Part shown: positions 49,906 through 59,887 of the stretch, one piece after another
Numbering within the stretch: the first letter of the stretch is position 1
Layout: every line of letters begins with the position of its first letter
NCBI GenBank assembly: GCA_964424265.1
Contig: CAYRHX010000005.1
Span: 7,951-71,950 of the forward strand
Reading direction: 5' to 3'
Source of the DNA: an uncultured Candidatus Saccharibacteria bacterium
Lineage (GTDB): Bacteria > Patescibacteriota > Minisyncoccia > Phycocordibacterales > UBA2100
DNA length: 64,000 bases
Notes under the pieces: model-generated
Told to the model about the DNA's origin: nothing
The model's input: the letters and a program-made list of their open reading frames with translations, nothing else
Database searches by the model: none
Position numbers and translations under genes: made by a program

Positions 49906-51357
49906 TTACTGAAACCGAAAATTCTTAAATTGCCACGGGTCGGCTTTATCTAAATCTTCGGCAAACCCCTCCTGACGGCCCTTAAGAGGAGTCCAGTCGC
50001 TATACTCCCCCACGAGTGTGCCAAGATACGGGTCCACCACGTCCATCACGCGTTCAAAGTCCATTTCATCCGCCTCGACAACACCCTCTTTTTGATTCTC
50101 AATAATCCACACCATGGCACCCAATACACCCGCAGTTACCTGAAGACCTGTTGCGTTTTGATACGGAGCGAGCTTTCGCGCCTCTTGAATCGTAAGCTGC
50201 GAACCATACCAATACGCCCCCTTCTTGTGTCCCATCAAAAGCACGCCCAGCTCGTCCATACCGTCTTCAATCTCCTCAAGCAATATGCGCTGCTGCGACT
50301 GCAGCTCAGAATTGTTACCGAAACACTCTTCGAGAGAAAGGATGGAGGCATCGCACGAGCGATACGCGTAATGTACCGTTGGACGAAAATTTGCTTTCTT
50401 ACCTTTGCGGAGCGTGTAGTAATCTGCGATGGAGACAGATTCGTTGTGGGTCACGGCTCTCCCCAAGAAATGTCCGTGCCGAGGCGTCCACGTACGCACG
50501 AGAGTGCGGCCACCCGGCCGGTTCAAGTATATGGCTGCGCCGCATCCGTATGGATGCCGCCCTGCATCCGGCGGAATATGCTTCTCGTGCGTGCCCCAGC
50601 CGATCTCGCAAGGCTGGCATACGCCCTCGGAGTGAAAACCGTCGACGGACCACGTGTTTTCAAAGCGCCCGATCACTTTCGGCGTATGCGCGACCTGAGA
50701 ATCATATTCTGCAATATGCACGACGCGAACTCCGAGATTGCGCATAAGCCTTCCCCACTCGATTCGATTCTTCGGTTTCGAGATTTTATACTTCGTGTCT
50801 TTTGCAATCTGAAGCAGAGCGCGCTTCACAAAGTGCGAGACTATACCCGGATTAGCACCATGCCCTACAACAGCAGTCGAACTTTTCTTTTTCTCATCCT
50901 TGAGGACAAGAGCGGTTTCTCGAAGGCCATAATTTGATCGCTCCGTGATTGAGAGATTCGGATCGGTGTAACCACCGGGCCACGGCTCAATGCAGGTGTC
51001 GAGATAGAGAATGTCTCGTTTGCGACAATATTCAATGAGCGCGACCGACGAGACGTTGACCGACAAGTTGAGAAGAAAATCCCCTTTCGAAAGATGCCGC
51101 GAAAGTACCGTTTCGTAATTCTCGCGCACCAACGGCTCGATATAAAAAGGAATACCCTCCTGTATCGCTACATCGCGTCCACGATCATCGGCAGCGATGA
51201 TCGTGATGCGATCTTTAGAAATCCCTATGTGGCGCAGTATCAAAGGAAGCACACCAATGCCGATGGATCCGCACCCGAGCATAAGCAGCCGCCCCGGGAA
51301 ATTAACATGTACTTTGTATGCCGATTTTCTTTCTTTCGATGATTTCTTTTTCTTCAT
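49906..51357 (-). CDS. hss: homospermidine synthase (saccharopine dehydrogenase-like fold)
   Basis: Rossmann loop LLMLGCGSIGIG. Blocks STAVVGHGANPGIVSHFVKRAL, ENTWSVDGFHSEG, VTHNESVSIADY, QNATGLQVTAGVLGAMVW, DPWQFKNF are characteristic of bacterial HSS. Confidence 0.8.
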   Translation of the reverse strand: MKKKKSSKERKSAYKVHVNFPGRLLMLGCGSIGIGVLPLILRHIGISKDRITIIAADDRGRDVAIQEGIPFYIEPLVRENYETVLSRHLSKGDFLLNLSVNVSSVALIEYCRKRDILYLDTCIEPWPGGYTDPNLSITERSNYGLRETALVLKDEKKKSSTAVVGHGANPGIVSHFVKRALLQIAKDTKYKISKPKNRIEWGRLMRNLGVRVVHIAEYDSQVAHTPKVIGRFENTWSVDGFHSEGVCQPCEIGWGTHEKHIPPDAGRHPYGCGAAIYLNRPGGRTLVRTWTPRHGHFLGRAVTHNESVSIADYYTLRKGKKANFRPTVHYAYRSCDASILSLEECFGNNSELQSQQRILLEEIEDGMDELGVLLMGHKKGAYWYGSQLTIQEARKLAPYQNATGLQVTAGVLGAMVWIIENQKEGVVEADEMDFERVMDVVDPYLGTLVGEYSDWTPLKGRQEGFAEDLDKADPWQFKNFRFQ

Positions 51358-51419
51358 GATCTCGTTTTATTTATCGTGCTAGTCATCTCACGCATTACTA
51401 TCTTCAACCACACCTCAGT

Positions 51420-52643
51420 CTACTTTACTCTAATAATGACACTTCTGGGTGTCACAGAGAGTAACACAATAGCAGCTAGAAAACCCGCGAGCCCAAGTAA
51501 GCTAAACGCGTTGGTCATCCCGACGGTATCTGCAAGAACGCCTGCGATAAAGGGCCCGAAAACATATGCAATATTCATGGCAAAATCCTCGAGACCCTCA
51601 GTCTCTGCCTCGACGGACGGGACATCTGCTATGTAGCCGGCGTACCATGAATTTATACTTGGCAGCGCAATGCTCGTAAAAAGAGAGGCGAAGAGCACGA
51701 CGAATATCCGAAGAAACGGATCCGCCACAAGCGCGAAACACGATAGTATGAGGGAGCCTATAAGGAGCGCGGCAAACGCTGTTCGCTTTTTTCCAAACCA
51801 TTTTGTTATTGGCCCGACGAACCAACCGACCACAAGTACGGGAAATACAAAGGCGGCAAGCAGGAATCCCCCAAATCGAGCTGACAGGCCGACAGTCTCT
51901 GCATACAGAGGTGCGAATGTCCAAAAGAATGCATCGATAGTCCAAAGGTAGAAGGTGGTAAAAAGCATTGGCATCATGTGCCACCCGATCTTCTCCCAGA
52001 GTCGCAGTTCGATGAGAAAATGCTTTCGACGCGAAGGGATGTGCTCCGTAAGGGAATCTCGCTTGCGGTAGAGCGTGAATAGCATAAGGAGGAAGACGAA
52101 TCCCGTAGTGAGAAATAGCCAATACAACCCGAAGGCTCGCCAATCTATGATTTCAACTATGACAAACCCAACAATGAGTGGCGCGAGCAGCTGCCCCAAT
52201 GCACGAAAAATCTGAGCAATTCCAAATGCCGATGATTGTTCAGCTTTTTTTGAGTAACGTCCGATAAAATCAAACGTGCCGAAGCCGTACAGATCGAAAT
52301 ATATGCCCCATACAGCCATCGCAAGAAGAAAAAGTGGGAGCGTACTCGCAGACCACAAAAGCGCTGGATATACGGCACAGAGAGCAAACATCACCAGAAA
52401 TACGCGTCGAAAGTCAGTATTCTTGAATATCTTGCAAATGAGAAAATCAAACAAGGCCCCTGTAATCGATGATGAACCAAGAATGAAACCTATCATGGTG
52501 TTCGAGAATCCATGCTGCTGCATAAGTAGCGGCGCTATGTACTGGCCCACGCTATCCGCCATCGTCCAAAAGAGAACGACACACCCAAATACAAAAATCG
52601 TGGAGCGTTGTCCTACAAACATGTCTCTCACGTGTCGAGGCAT
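51420..52643 (-). CDS. MFS transporter
   Basis: 12 predicted TM helices with MFS-like loops. Confidence 0.75.
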   Translation of the reverse strand: MPRHVRDMFVGQRSTIFVFGCVVLFWTMADSVGQYIAPLLMQQHGFSNTMIGFILGSSSITGALFDFLICKIFKNTDFRRVFLVMFALCAVYPALLWSASTLPLFLLAMAVWGIYFDLYGFGTFDFIGRYSKKAEQSSAFGIAQIFRALGQLLAPLIVGFVIVEIIDWRAFGLYWLFLTTGFVFLLMLFTLYRKRDSLTEHIPSRRKHFLIELRLWEKIGWHMMPMLFTTFYLWTIDAFFWTFAPLYAETVGLSARFGGFLLAAFVFPVLVVGWFVGPITKWFGKKRTAFAALLIGSLILSCFALVADPFLRIFVVLFASLFTSIALPSINSWYAGYIADVPSVEAETEGLEDFAMNIAYVFGPFIAGVLADTVGMTNAFSLLGLAGFLAAIVLLSVTPRSVIIRVK

Positions 52644-52650
52644 GAAAGAT

Positions 52651-53847
52651 TTAGATAATGTAGAGGTGCTTGTAATGCTCGGTCTTCCGGCTCTTTAACA
52701 TCGGATTGAACGAGGCGAGCTTCAAATGCCCACTGCCGTCTTTGTGAAAAACAAATTCCTGAACGCGCATGTTATCAAACATGAAGTGTCGATAGCACGT
52801 ATCGAAAAGATCCTCGGGAAAATACGCCCCTGGTTTGAGTTCGTCGGAAATCAAGACGTTGAGTGCCGCAAATACACCAACGACAACCTGTGTGTAGGTG
52901 GCGTTAGTGCCAATAATGGCAATGCTCGGCACTGTATTAAAATAATACACGCGCTTGTCTTTGTACTCGAGTATCACGCCGATACTATCTGAGCCATCGA
53001 GTATTTCACTCGTGTTGTTCCCCAGCTCAAGGCTGTCTTTGGTCACATCTCCTTTCTGCTCATACATCTTTACGAGCATGTCCATGGTCTTCGGATGGAC
53101 CGCGTAGATAAATTGCGAAGGAATATCGTATTTGTTGCCGATACTCGCACATTCTTCGTGCATTGTGATCATGCCATCAGGATACGTATCGAACTTCATA
53201 ATCGGTTCGAGAATGCCACGCATGTTTTTCCGGTGCTCTAAGGAGTTTGGTGTCAAGACTGTCATCTTCTCCCGCCCTCTCCCAAGAATCACACCTGTGG
53301 TATCGCGTACGCATTCTGTAAGGAATTCGTGCACCGACCACGTCATCATTGGGTGCCATTGGGTGGCAACTTTCGAAGTGTCATATTCAAAATGGATCAG
53401 TTCTTTTGGAATGCCGAATTTCTCGATACCGTAGCGGACCCACATATTAACTACGCCAGGATTCATGCCGGAACATATAATGTGAGGAGCTCTATCAAAT
53501 GAATCTTTCTTTTCGAAAATCCCTATCGTTCCCTCTTCGATAGTTTCCTTGTCATCATTGAGGCCTGTGTTTACGTATGAGACCCCCGCTTCATTCGTCG
53601 CTTCCAGAAATGGCAAACTGTCCATGTCGGATATATCCAAAACAATGCTGATCGCATGCTCCTCGAGTATTCGGTGGTATTCGGCCTTTCTTTCGGGAAG
53701 CTTGAGCTCCACCTGCAAAAATATGTACTTCAGTCGTTCGTGATCGATGTATATATCATCCAAAACCTTCCTGTTCCTATCAAGAAGTACCAGATCGCCG
53801 AACAGATCGCGAACCGCCGTCATGTGGTGAAGTAGTGCGTTCGCCAC
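52651..53847 (-). CDS. HSS-like paralog lacking the N-terminal glycine-rich NAD loop
   Basis: ICSGMNPGVVNMWVRYG, MMTWSVHEFLTE and ATYTQVVVGVFAALNVLI align to HSS blocks. No GxGxxG. Confidence 0.55.
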   Translation of the reverse strand: MANALLHHMTAVRDLFGDLVLLDRNRKVLDDIYIDHERLKYIFLQVELKLPERKAEYHRILEEHAISIVLDISDMDSLPFLEATNEAGVSYVNTGLNDDKETIEEGTIGIFEKKDSFDRAPHIICSGMNPGVVNMWVRYGIEKFGIPKELIHFEYDTSKVATQWHPMMTWSVHEFLTECVRDTTGVILGRGREKMTVLTPNSLEHRKNMRGILEPIMKFDTYPDGMITMHEECASIGNKYDIPSQFIYAVHPKTMDMLVKMYEQKGDVTKDSLELGNNTSEILDGSDSIGVILEYKDKRVYYFNTVPSIAIIGTNATYTQVVVGVFAALNVLISDELKPGAYFPEDLFDTCYRHFMFDNMRVQEFVFHKDGSGHLKLASFNPMLKSRKTEHYKHLYII

Positions 53848-53955
53848 CCCCCCCCGAAGCCCCCACGACTAAAAGGTTTGGTTTCGCGTGCATAGATACG
53901 CGAAATTATCGCCCCATCAAGAGGTTCTGTCAAAACACAAGTGAGGGTGAGAGAT

Positions 53956-54999
53956 TTATTTCCTAAACAACGAACCGAGAGGATGTTTTTGACGTAGCAC
54001 AGTGCTCGCGAAATATGACGCGATTGCGATCGAGGCGATCTGCGTACCTGCTCCGCCCACAACACCCTTTTCTAGAGAGACATAGGGAAGTGGCTTCTTG
54101 GACACAGAATACGCAGCGCTCCACGCGCGATGTATCCGAATATTGGTTGCCAAGGTGCGCAGTGCGTACCGGCGAATGTTCCTCAGGTGAGGCGAGTGCA
54201 ACTGTGCCTCTGCGCCTTTTGAAGGCTTGTGCACATCGCCATAACCAATAAGAAGACGCCTGTCCGATGTTATCTTCCCATAATGGTAAGACTGCCTCTC
54301 GTCGTCAAAAAACATGGATTTTCCAGCACGTCGCAATCCGCGTATTTTTTTTATCGAAAGCGGGCGCGTCACGCAGATTGTCGTTATGTAATTTGTAAGA
54401 CTTCTGTGTTTCAGTGACGTCCCGAGCGCATACGTAACATGCCCGAAACGGATCGTTCCTTGCGGGGTTATCGCTACACCATCCTTTACGCGTAGTATCG
54501 GAGTGTTTTCATAAATCATCACACCTCTCCCGCGGAGATACTGCGCCATCCCCTGGATGAATTTAAGTGGATTTACAGAAATACTCTTTTCGAGATATTC
54601 GCCCTTCGAGAGTTCATTCCTAAAAAAAGTAAGGCTATGATTTTTATACTCACAGACAAGTTTGCCATCTTTAATCAAGCGGCGCACCTCGCGCTGCGCC
54701 TGCTTAAGGGCGCGCGCATAATTAGATGCAGCGCGATGTCCATGTATTTTCGCCAGTATATCGATAGGCGCTGTCTCGAGTTGAGCTGTCAGCATTCCCG
54801 CTGATTGTCCGGTGGATCCAGATCCAATGAAGCCCCGTTCGACTATCGTGATATTTCGTATTCTCTTTTTCATGAGGAAATGAGCGACGAAGAGGCCCGT
54901 TACCCCTCCTCCGATTATCAGATAGCGAGTTTTGTGATCTCCGATAAGACCCTTGCCCGGCTTATATCCAGTGTTTTTCCAGAATGTTTGTTTTTTCAT
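53956..54999 (-). CDS. FAD-dependent oxidoreductase (DAO family)
   Basis: YLIIGGGVTGLFVAHFL dinucleotide-binding motif. DAO-like length. Confidence 0.7.
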   Translation of the reverse strand: MKKQTFWKNTGYKPGKGLIGDHKTRYLIIGGGVTGLFVAHFLMKKRIRNITIVERGFIGSGSTGQSAGMLTAQLETAPIDILAKIHGHRAASNYARALKQAQREVRRLIKDGKLVCEYKNHSLTFFRNELSKGEYLEKSISVNPLKFIQGMAQYLRGRGVMIYENTPILRVKDGVAITPQGTIRFGHVTYALGTSLKHRSLTNYITTICVTRPLSIKKIRGLRRAGKSMFFDDERQSYHYGKITSDRRLLIGYGDVHKPSKGAEAQLHSPHLRNIRRYALRTLATNIRIHRAWSAAYSVSKKPLPYVSLEKGVVGGAGTQIASIAIASYFASTVLRQKHPLGSLFRK

Positions 55000-55127
55000 G
55001 AAAATTCCTAGTTGGCCATTATGACATGAAATTGCCATTAACGCAAACAGCCGCACTTTTCCTTTACCTTATAATTCCACGGTCGTAGTATTATAAGGTT
55101 AGTCTATAAATATGTGGAACGAGAGCT

Positions 55128-55943
55128 TTAGTGTGCTGGGGTGACTGCCAGTTTGATGAAGAAAAGCGTAAGGAGGGCGAAGATGGCAGCTTGGAGAAAG
55201 CCGATGAAAAGCTCAAACATCATGAGGGGCACGGGCCCAAAATATGGCACGAAGTGCGTAGCCACGAGAATCAGCACTTCACCCGCGAGAATGTTGCCGA
55301 AGAGACGGAATGAAAGTGAGACGAGGCGCGCGAGCTCTCCAATGAGTTCCACGATTCCCACCGCGAAATCAATGGGCGAATGGAAGTTGATGAATTTGCC
55401 AGCATATTTGATAGCGCCGAGTGTGGCAACACCCGTCACCTCGATCACGATAAAGGAAATGATCGCGAGCGCGAGCGTTACGTTGAGATCGGTATTCACG
55501 CTACGAAGAAGCGGTAAAAATTCGTGCTCTCCAAAGAAACCCAGGCTACCGATACCTGGTGTAAATTCAAGAAAGTTTGCGGTAAAAATGAAGAGGAAGA
55601 TTGTCGTCAAAAAAGGGAAGAATTTGCGGGCCATATCGCGACTCCCTAAAGTCTCTGCTACATAATCATACACATAGCCAAAAACCCACTCGAGGACCGT
55701 TTGAAATCGGCTCGGTATCATTTTGATTCGCGATCCGACGACAAGCGCGATCACAATCAAAATCGCCATTACTATCCAGCTCGTGAGGAGTGTATTGGTG
55801 ATGGGAAGCCCCAAGAAACTCCCCAATTGCTCCGGAGCGAGCGCGACGTGGATTCCCCCGGAAGCCGCTTCTCCCGCGTGTTCTGTAAGCACTGCAGCGG
55901 CTGTCGTCGCAACTTCCGTCATAAAGTAACGACATACTAGCAC
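55128..55943 (-). CDS. atpB: ATP synthase Fo subunit a
   Basis: SLSFRLFGNILAGE with essential Arg. 5-6 TM helices. Confidence 0.85.
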   Translation of the reverse strand: MLVCRYFMTEVATTAAAVLTEHAGEAASGGIHVALAPEQLGSFLGLPITNTLLTSWIVMAILIVIALVVGSRIKMIPSRFQTVLEWVFGYVYDYVAETLGSRDMARKFFPFLTTIFLFIFTANFLEFTPGIGSLGFFGEHEFLPLLRSVNTDLNVTLALAIISFIVIEVTGVATLGAIKYAGKFINFHSPIDFAVGIVELIGELARLVSLSFRLFGNILAGEVLILVATHFVPYFGPVPLMMFELFIGFLQAAIFALLTLFFIKLAVTPAH

Positions 55944-55962
55944 GTCTCTTTATGAGTTGAAA

Positions 55963-56844
55963 CTAGCGCGCGCTCACAAAACGCGATATGCACTCAGCAA
56001 CCCGCGCCTCTTCACCCATGAAACCATGCTCCACCTGCGGAATAATTTCCACTCTGTCCGATTTTTTGAGATATGAAATGAACCACTTAGCAATGTCGCG
56101 AGCTGGGCGATCGGCATATTCATCATGCTCGGCCAACAAGACAAGTAGAGGTGTTTTAACAGATTGTAGTGTACGAGGGACGGATTGTGGGTTCCAGTAG
56201 GTAAATATTTCTTCTGGACCCTTTCCGGCGTACAAACTCAGAAATCGCTGCGCATCCAGTGTTTCGTGCCATATACCGTCGGGCAAAAATGTGTGTTTCT
56301 TCCCTCGGCTCACGAGGGCGCGCGCGGCTCGCGCCGCGCGCGCAACCCTTCGCGTTCCGCGCAATTTCACCTCGGCGGAATAGTCGCTAATAGGCGCCAA
56401 TAACACTACCCCCTTCACTCCCCGACCCTTTTTTGAGGCCCAATAAACAGATTTCTGACAGCCCGTAGAATGACCAACAAGAAAAATCTCTTTTACTCCC
56501 TGTCTTTTTGCAAAGCGAATGGCACCTTCTATATCATCGATACAATCGGTAAATACTTCATGAGCTGCCCCTCCTTTTAGCATGCGCTTTGGGGATCGGC
56601 TCTGGTGTGAGATGCGCGCTACCTGATCGTGCCCGCGATTGTTGAATGTGAGCACGGCCGTGTGACTATCCACGAGCATTTCCATGATGCGCAACTTGCT
56701 AAACATCGAGCTCCCAAGCCCATGCACCCACACGATCACTCGTTTGGGCCGCTCAGCCCCCAGCCAGAGACCGTTAAGCACTACCCTTTTCGGCGACACG
56801 ACTTCGATCACCCTGCACGGACGTGACTCAATATTTGGTTGCAT
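55963..56844 (-). CDS. alpha/beta hydrolase
   Basis: VWVHGLGSS ... LVGHSTGCQ nucleophile elbow. Confidence 0.7.
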   Translation of the reverse strand: MQPNIESRPCRVIEVVSPKRVVLNGLWLGAERPKRVIVWVHGLGSSMFSKLRIMEMLVDSHTAVLTFNNRGHDQVARISHQSRSPKRMLKGGAAHEVFTDCIDDIEGAIRFAKRQGVKEIFLVGHSTGCQKSVYWASKKGRGVKGVVLLAPISDYSAEVKLRGTRRVARAARAARALVSRGKKHTFLPDGIWHETLDAQRFLSLYAGKGPEEIFTYWNPQSVPRTLQSVKTPLLVLLAEHDEYADRPARDIAKWFISYLKKSDRVEIIPQVEHGFMGEEARVAECISRFVSAR

Positions 56845-56877
56845 ACTATCGACTATACCCTAGTCACTATCACCTAT

Positions 56878-58134
56878 TTATGTCCCCTCCTGCCAACTCG
56901 CGAGATACTTTTCCTGAGCATCGGTGAGGACGTCGACGCTCTGTCCCATTGATGCGAGCTTGAGAGAGGCGATGTGCTTCTCGGTTTCCTCTTGCACGTC
57001 GTACACACCCGGAGCAAGCGGCGTCTTTTGTGTGGCCATCCATGCAGACCCAATCGCTTGTGTCGCAAAGCTCATATCCATGACGCTCGCAGGGTGACCC
57101 TCAGCGGCTGCGAGGTTGACCAACCTTCCTTCTGCCAACACATAAATCCTATTGGCTCCGACTCTGTATTCTTGTACAAAATTCCGCACATCTTTCGGAG
57201 CACCTTGAGCGATCCTCTTCAGATCATCCAAGTTTATCTCCACATCGAAATGCCCGGCGTTGCAGACGATCGCCCCATCTTTCATCACTTTGAAATGTTT
57301 TTCTGTAATGACGTTGATGTTGCCTGTCACGGTGCAAAAGAGATCACCCTCCTTCGCCGCCTCGATCATCGGCATCGCACGGAACCCTTCCATGGCGGCT
57401 TCGAGCGCTTTCACGGGATCGATCTCTGTCACGATGACGTTTGCGCCCATCCCGCGAGCACGCATGGCGAGCCCTTTGCCACACCATCCAAACCCTGCGA
57501 CGACGACCGTCTTTCCGGCTATCAAAATATCGGTCGCACGAATAATGCCGTCGAGGGTGGATTGGCCCGTGCCATACCGATTGTCGAACATGTTTTTCGT
57601 CTTTGCGTCGTTCACAGCGACGATAGGCATCTTCAAAGCGCCCGCCTTGTGCATGGCGCGAAGTCGTATGACTCCCGTGGTCGTCTCTTCCGTCCCGCCG
57701 AGGATATTTTTAAGAAGCTCGGGGTGACCTTGATGAATGGTCGTCACGAGGTCGGCTCCATCATCCATCGTGAGCTGGGGGTTTTGAGCGATGAGCGCCT
57801 CGATGTGCTTGAAAAAAGTCTCCTTGCTCTCCCCCTTTATCGCAAACGTCGGGATGCCATAATCTTGGACCAAGCTTGCGGCTACGTCATCCTGCGTCGA
57901 AAGCGGATTCGACGCCGCAAGAAATACACGTGCACCGCCCGCCTTCAGCGTGATGACGAGGTTGGCAGTTTCTGCGGTCACATGGAGTACCGCTGCCAAA
58001 GTCTTGCCTTTGAATGGTTGATCTTTTTCAAATTGTGCGCGAACACTCCGAAGGACGGGCATGTCTCGCTCCGCCCAATCGACGCGCCGCTTTCCCTCCA
58101 GTGCTAATGCAATGTCCTTAATGTCATATTCCAT
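56878..58134 (-). CDS. ahcY: adenosylhomocysteinase
   Basis: Full-length SAHH homology with NAD-binding [12 protein letters not shown]. Confidence 0.9.
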   Translation of the reverse strand: MEYDIKDIALALEGKRRVDWAERDMPVLRSVRAQFEKDQPFKGKTLAAVLHVTAETANLVITLKAGGARVFLAASNPLSTQDDVAASLVQDYGIPTFAIKGESKETFFKHIEALIAQNPQLTMDDGADLVTTIHQGHPELLKNILGGTEETTTGVIRLRAMHKAGALKMPIVAVNDAKTKNMFDNRYGTGQSTLDGIIRATDILIAGKTVVVAGFGWCGKGLAMRARGMGANVIVTEIDPVKALEAAMEGFRAMPMIEAAKEGDLFCTVTGNINVITEKHFKVMKDGAIVCNAGHFDVEINLDDLKRIAQGAPKDVRNFVQEYRVGANRIYVLAEGRLVNLAAAEGHPASVMDMSFATQAIGSAWMATQKTPLAPGVYDVQEETEKHIASLKLASMGQSVDVLTDAQEKYLASWQEGT

Positions 58135-58155
58135 CCGGCACAGTATACAACTCTA

Positions 58156-58306
58156 GAGCATGTTTGAAAACGCTTAACCGGTCTGAGAGATGGTATTTCC
58201 GAGGAATCCCCGCAGTACGATGAGTGCGAGGATTGAGGATTTTTCAGCTGGAAAATCCGGTTTCCGAGGGAATACCGTCTCGAAGCAGAGGTTTCTAAAC
58301 ATGCTC
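58156..58306. repeat. 151-bp TIR element copy C
   Basis: gagcatgtttgaaaacgc...ggtttctaaacatgctc flanked by c-ta...ta-g. Confidence 0.75.
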
Positions 58307-59244
58307 TAGAGCGTCAATGTCTCTCCGTAAGCGGTCTGATAACGTTGGCCCAACTCAGGGATTGTGAACGTGTGATTCTGCGTCCCGTAGTGTTCAACGG
58401 CGTATGCAGCGACGGCGCTCGCCAGTTGCGTAGCTCCCCGCATCGCATATCCGCGCAAGGTCCCCGCGATGAACCCCGCACGATATGCATCTCCCGCGCC
58501 AGTCGGATCAACGACTTGCGCAACAGTGACCGCCTTCACGATCTCTTCCCCCCCCCTTGTCACGATTCGCGAACCCTTCTCTCCCAATGTCACGATGAGC
58601 GCAGCGGCTTTCCCGACGATCGTCGCCTCATCCCATCCCGTCTTTGCAAGGATAAGACTCAGTTCATAATCATTCACAAACAATCCTTTGCAGCCTGTCA
58701 TTCCATCGCGTAGTTGATCAGCGGAAAGTGCGGGGATTTGCTGGCCCGGATCGTAGAAATATTCGATTCCCTGCTCCCGATAGTATTCGGGCAAACGCGC
58801 CATGTCTTCTACACAGCCTGCACCTATGATCGCGCAGCGCGCTTCCTCAGTCGGAGGTAGCGGGATGTAGGGTGTCCCTCCCGAAGCCATTGAAAATGCT
58901 GAGATCTGGTTGTTCGCCCGATCAGTCATGATGAAAGCGGACGATGTGGATCCTTGCGTATCGATCTTGATTGAGATCGGATCGATCTTGAGTGAACGCA
59001 GATGGCCAGCGTATCGCTCAAAATCAGAGCCCGCTGTCGCAATGATGTGTGGCGATTCCCGCAGTAACGCGAGATTGTATCCGATATTCCCAGCCGTCCC
59101 GCCAAAATTTTCGGTGAATCCCTGCACGGCAAAACTCACGTTTATATTGTGAAGCTTGTCTGCGACAAAATGCTCTTTGAAAAGCCCAGGGAAATCCATG
59201 ATGCGATCGTACGCTATGGATCCTGAGACAAGTATGCGAGACAT
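58306..59244 (-). CDS. PfkB-family carbohydrate/nucleoside kinase (adenosine kinase-like)
   Basis: GGTAGNIGYNLALL and DPTGAGDAYRAGF motifs. Adjacent to ahcY. Stop TAG formed at repeat copy C. Confidence 0.8.
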   Translation of the reverse strand: MSRILVSGSIAYDRIMDFPGLFKEHFVADKLHNINVSFAVQGFTENFGGTAGNIGYNLALLRESPHIIATAGSDFERYAGHLRSLKIDPISIKIDTQGSTSSAFIMTDRANNQISAFSMASGGTPYIPLPPTEEARCAIIGAGCVEDMARLPEYYREQGIEYFYDPGQQIPALSADQLRDGMTGCKGLFVNDYELSLILAKTGWDEATIVGKAAALIVTLGEKGSRIVTRGGEEIVKAVTVAQVVDPTGAGDAYRAGFIAGTLRGYAMRGATQLASAVAAYAVEHYGTQNHTFTIPELGQRYQTAYGETLTL

Positions 59245-59287
59245 CGAGAGATTATACGCCGTGAACCCCTATGACACCAACATTCGA

Positions 59288-59887
59288 TTACTGCTGCGCT
59301 TGTATACTGCCCCTCTCTTTCGAAAATATTATTTCACCGAGATCTTCAATGCCTCTTCCTGTCTCGACAGAGGTAATCACTATTGCGCTACCACCTGATC
59401 TCTCCGTAATTGCGGCGACTTGTCGTGAAATTTCTGCCTGCGACAGTTTATCTACTTTGTTGATCACAATTACGTATGCATGCCCTCGTTCCGTTAGAAC
59501 AGCAATCATCTGCTCATCGAATTTCGTTAGTCCCGCCTTTGCTTCAAGTATGAGGACGACCTTTTGCGGCAGCGCCTCACCCGAGGTGAAATACCAAATG
59601 ATCAGCTTGCGCAACTTTTCTCGATCTTTTTGCGTGGTCGCAGCGTATCCGTATCCAGGCAAATCGACAAAATACTTTGATTTGTTTATCAGAAAAAAGT
59701 TGATCTCGGTGGTTTTGCCGGGTTTGATCCCTACGCGTGCCAGATCTTTTTTCCCAGTCAGAGAATTCAAAATGCTCGACTTCCCGACGTTGGAACGGCC
59801 GATGAAAGCGATTTGCGGAATCCCATCGCTGAGGATAGGATCGCTCCCGCGAATCCCTTTTACAAACTCTGCTGACGCGATCTTCAT
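59288..59887 (-). CDS. engB: ribosome biogenesis GTP-binding protein EngB/YsxC
   Basis: IAFIGRSNVGKSSILNSL. Start at 59887 overlaps the trhO stop. Confidence 0.85.
   Translation of the reverse strand: MKIASAEFVKGIRGSDPILSDGIPQIAFIGRSNVGKSSILNSLTGKKDLARVGIKPGKTTEINFFLINKSKYFVDLPGYGYAATTQKDREKLRKLIIWYFTSGEALPQKVVLILEAKAGLTKFDEQMIAVLTERGHAYVIVINKVDKLSQAEISRQVAAITERSGGSAIVITSVETGRGIEDLGEIIFSKERGSIQAQQ

Noticed and set aside
50092-50937. 281-aa plus-strand ORF antisense to hss, and similar antisense ORFs within atpD, atpA and ahcY (e.g. 43713-44156, 46850-47293, 56974-58107)
   Set aside because: They lie opposite genes with unambiguous full-length homology and are stop-free runs produced by codon bias.
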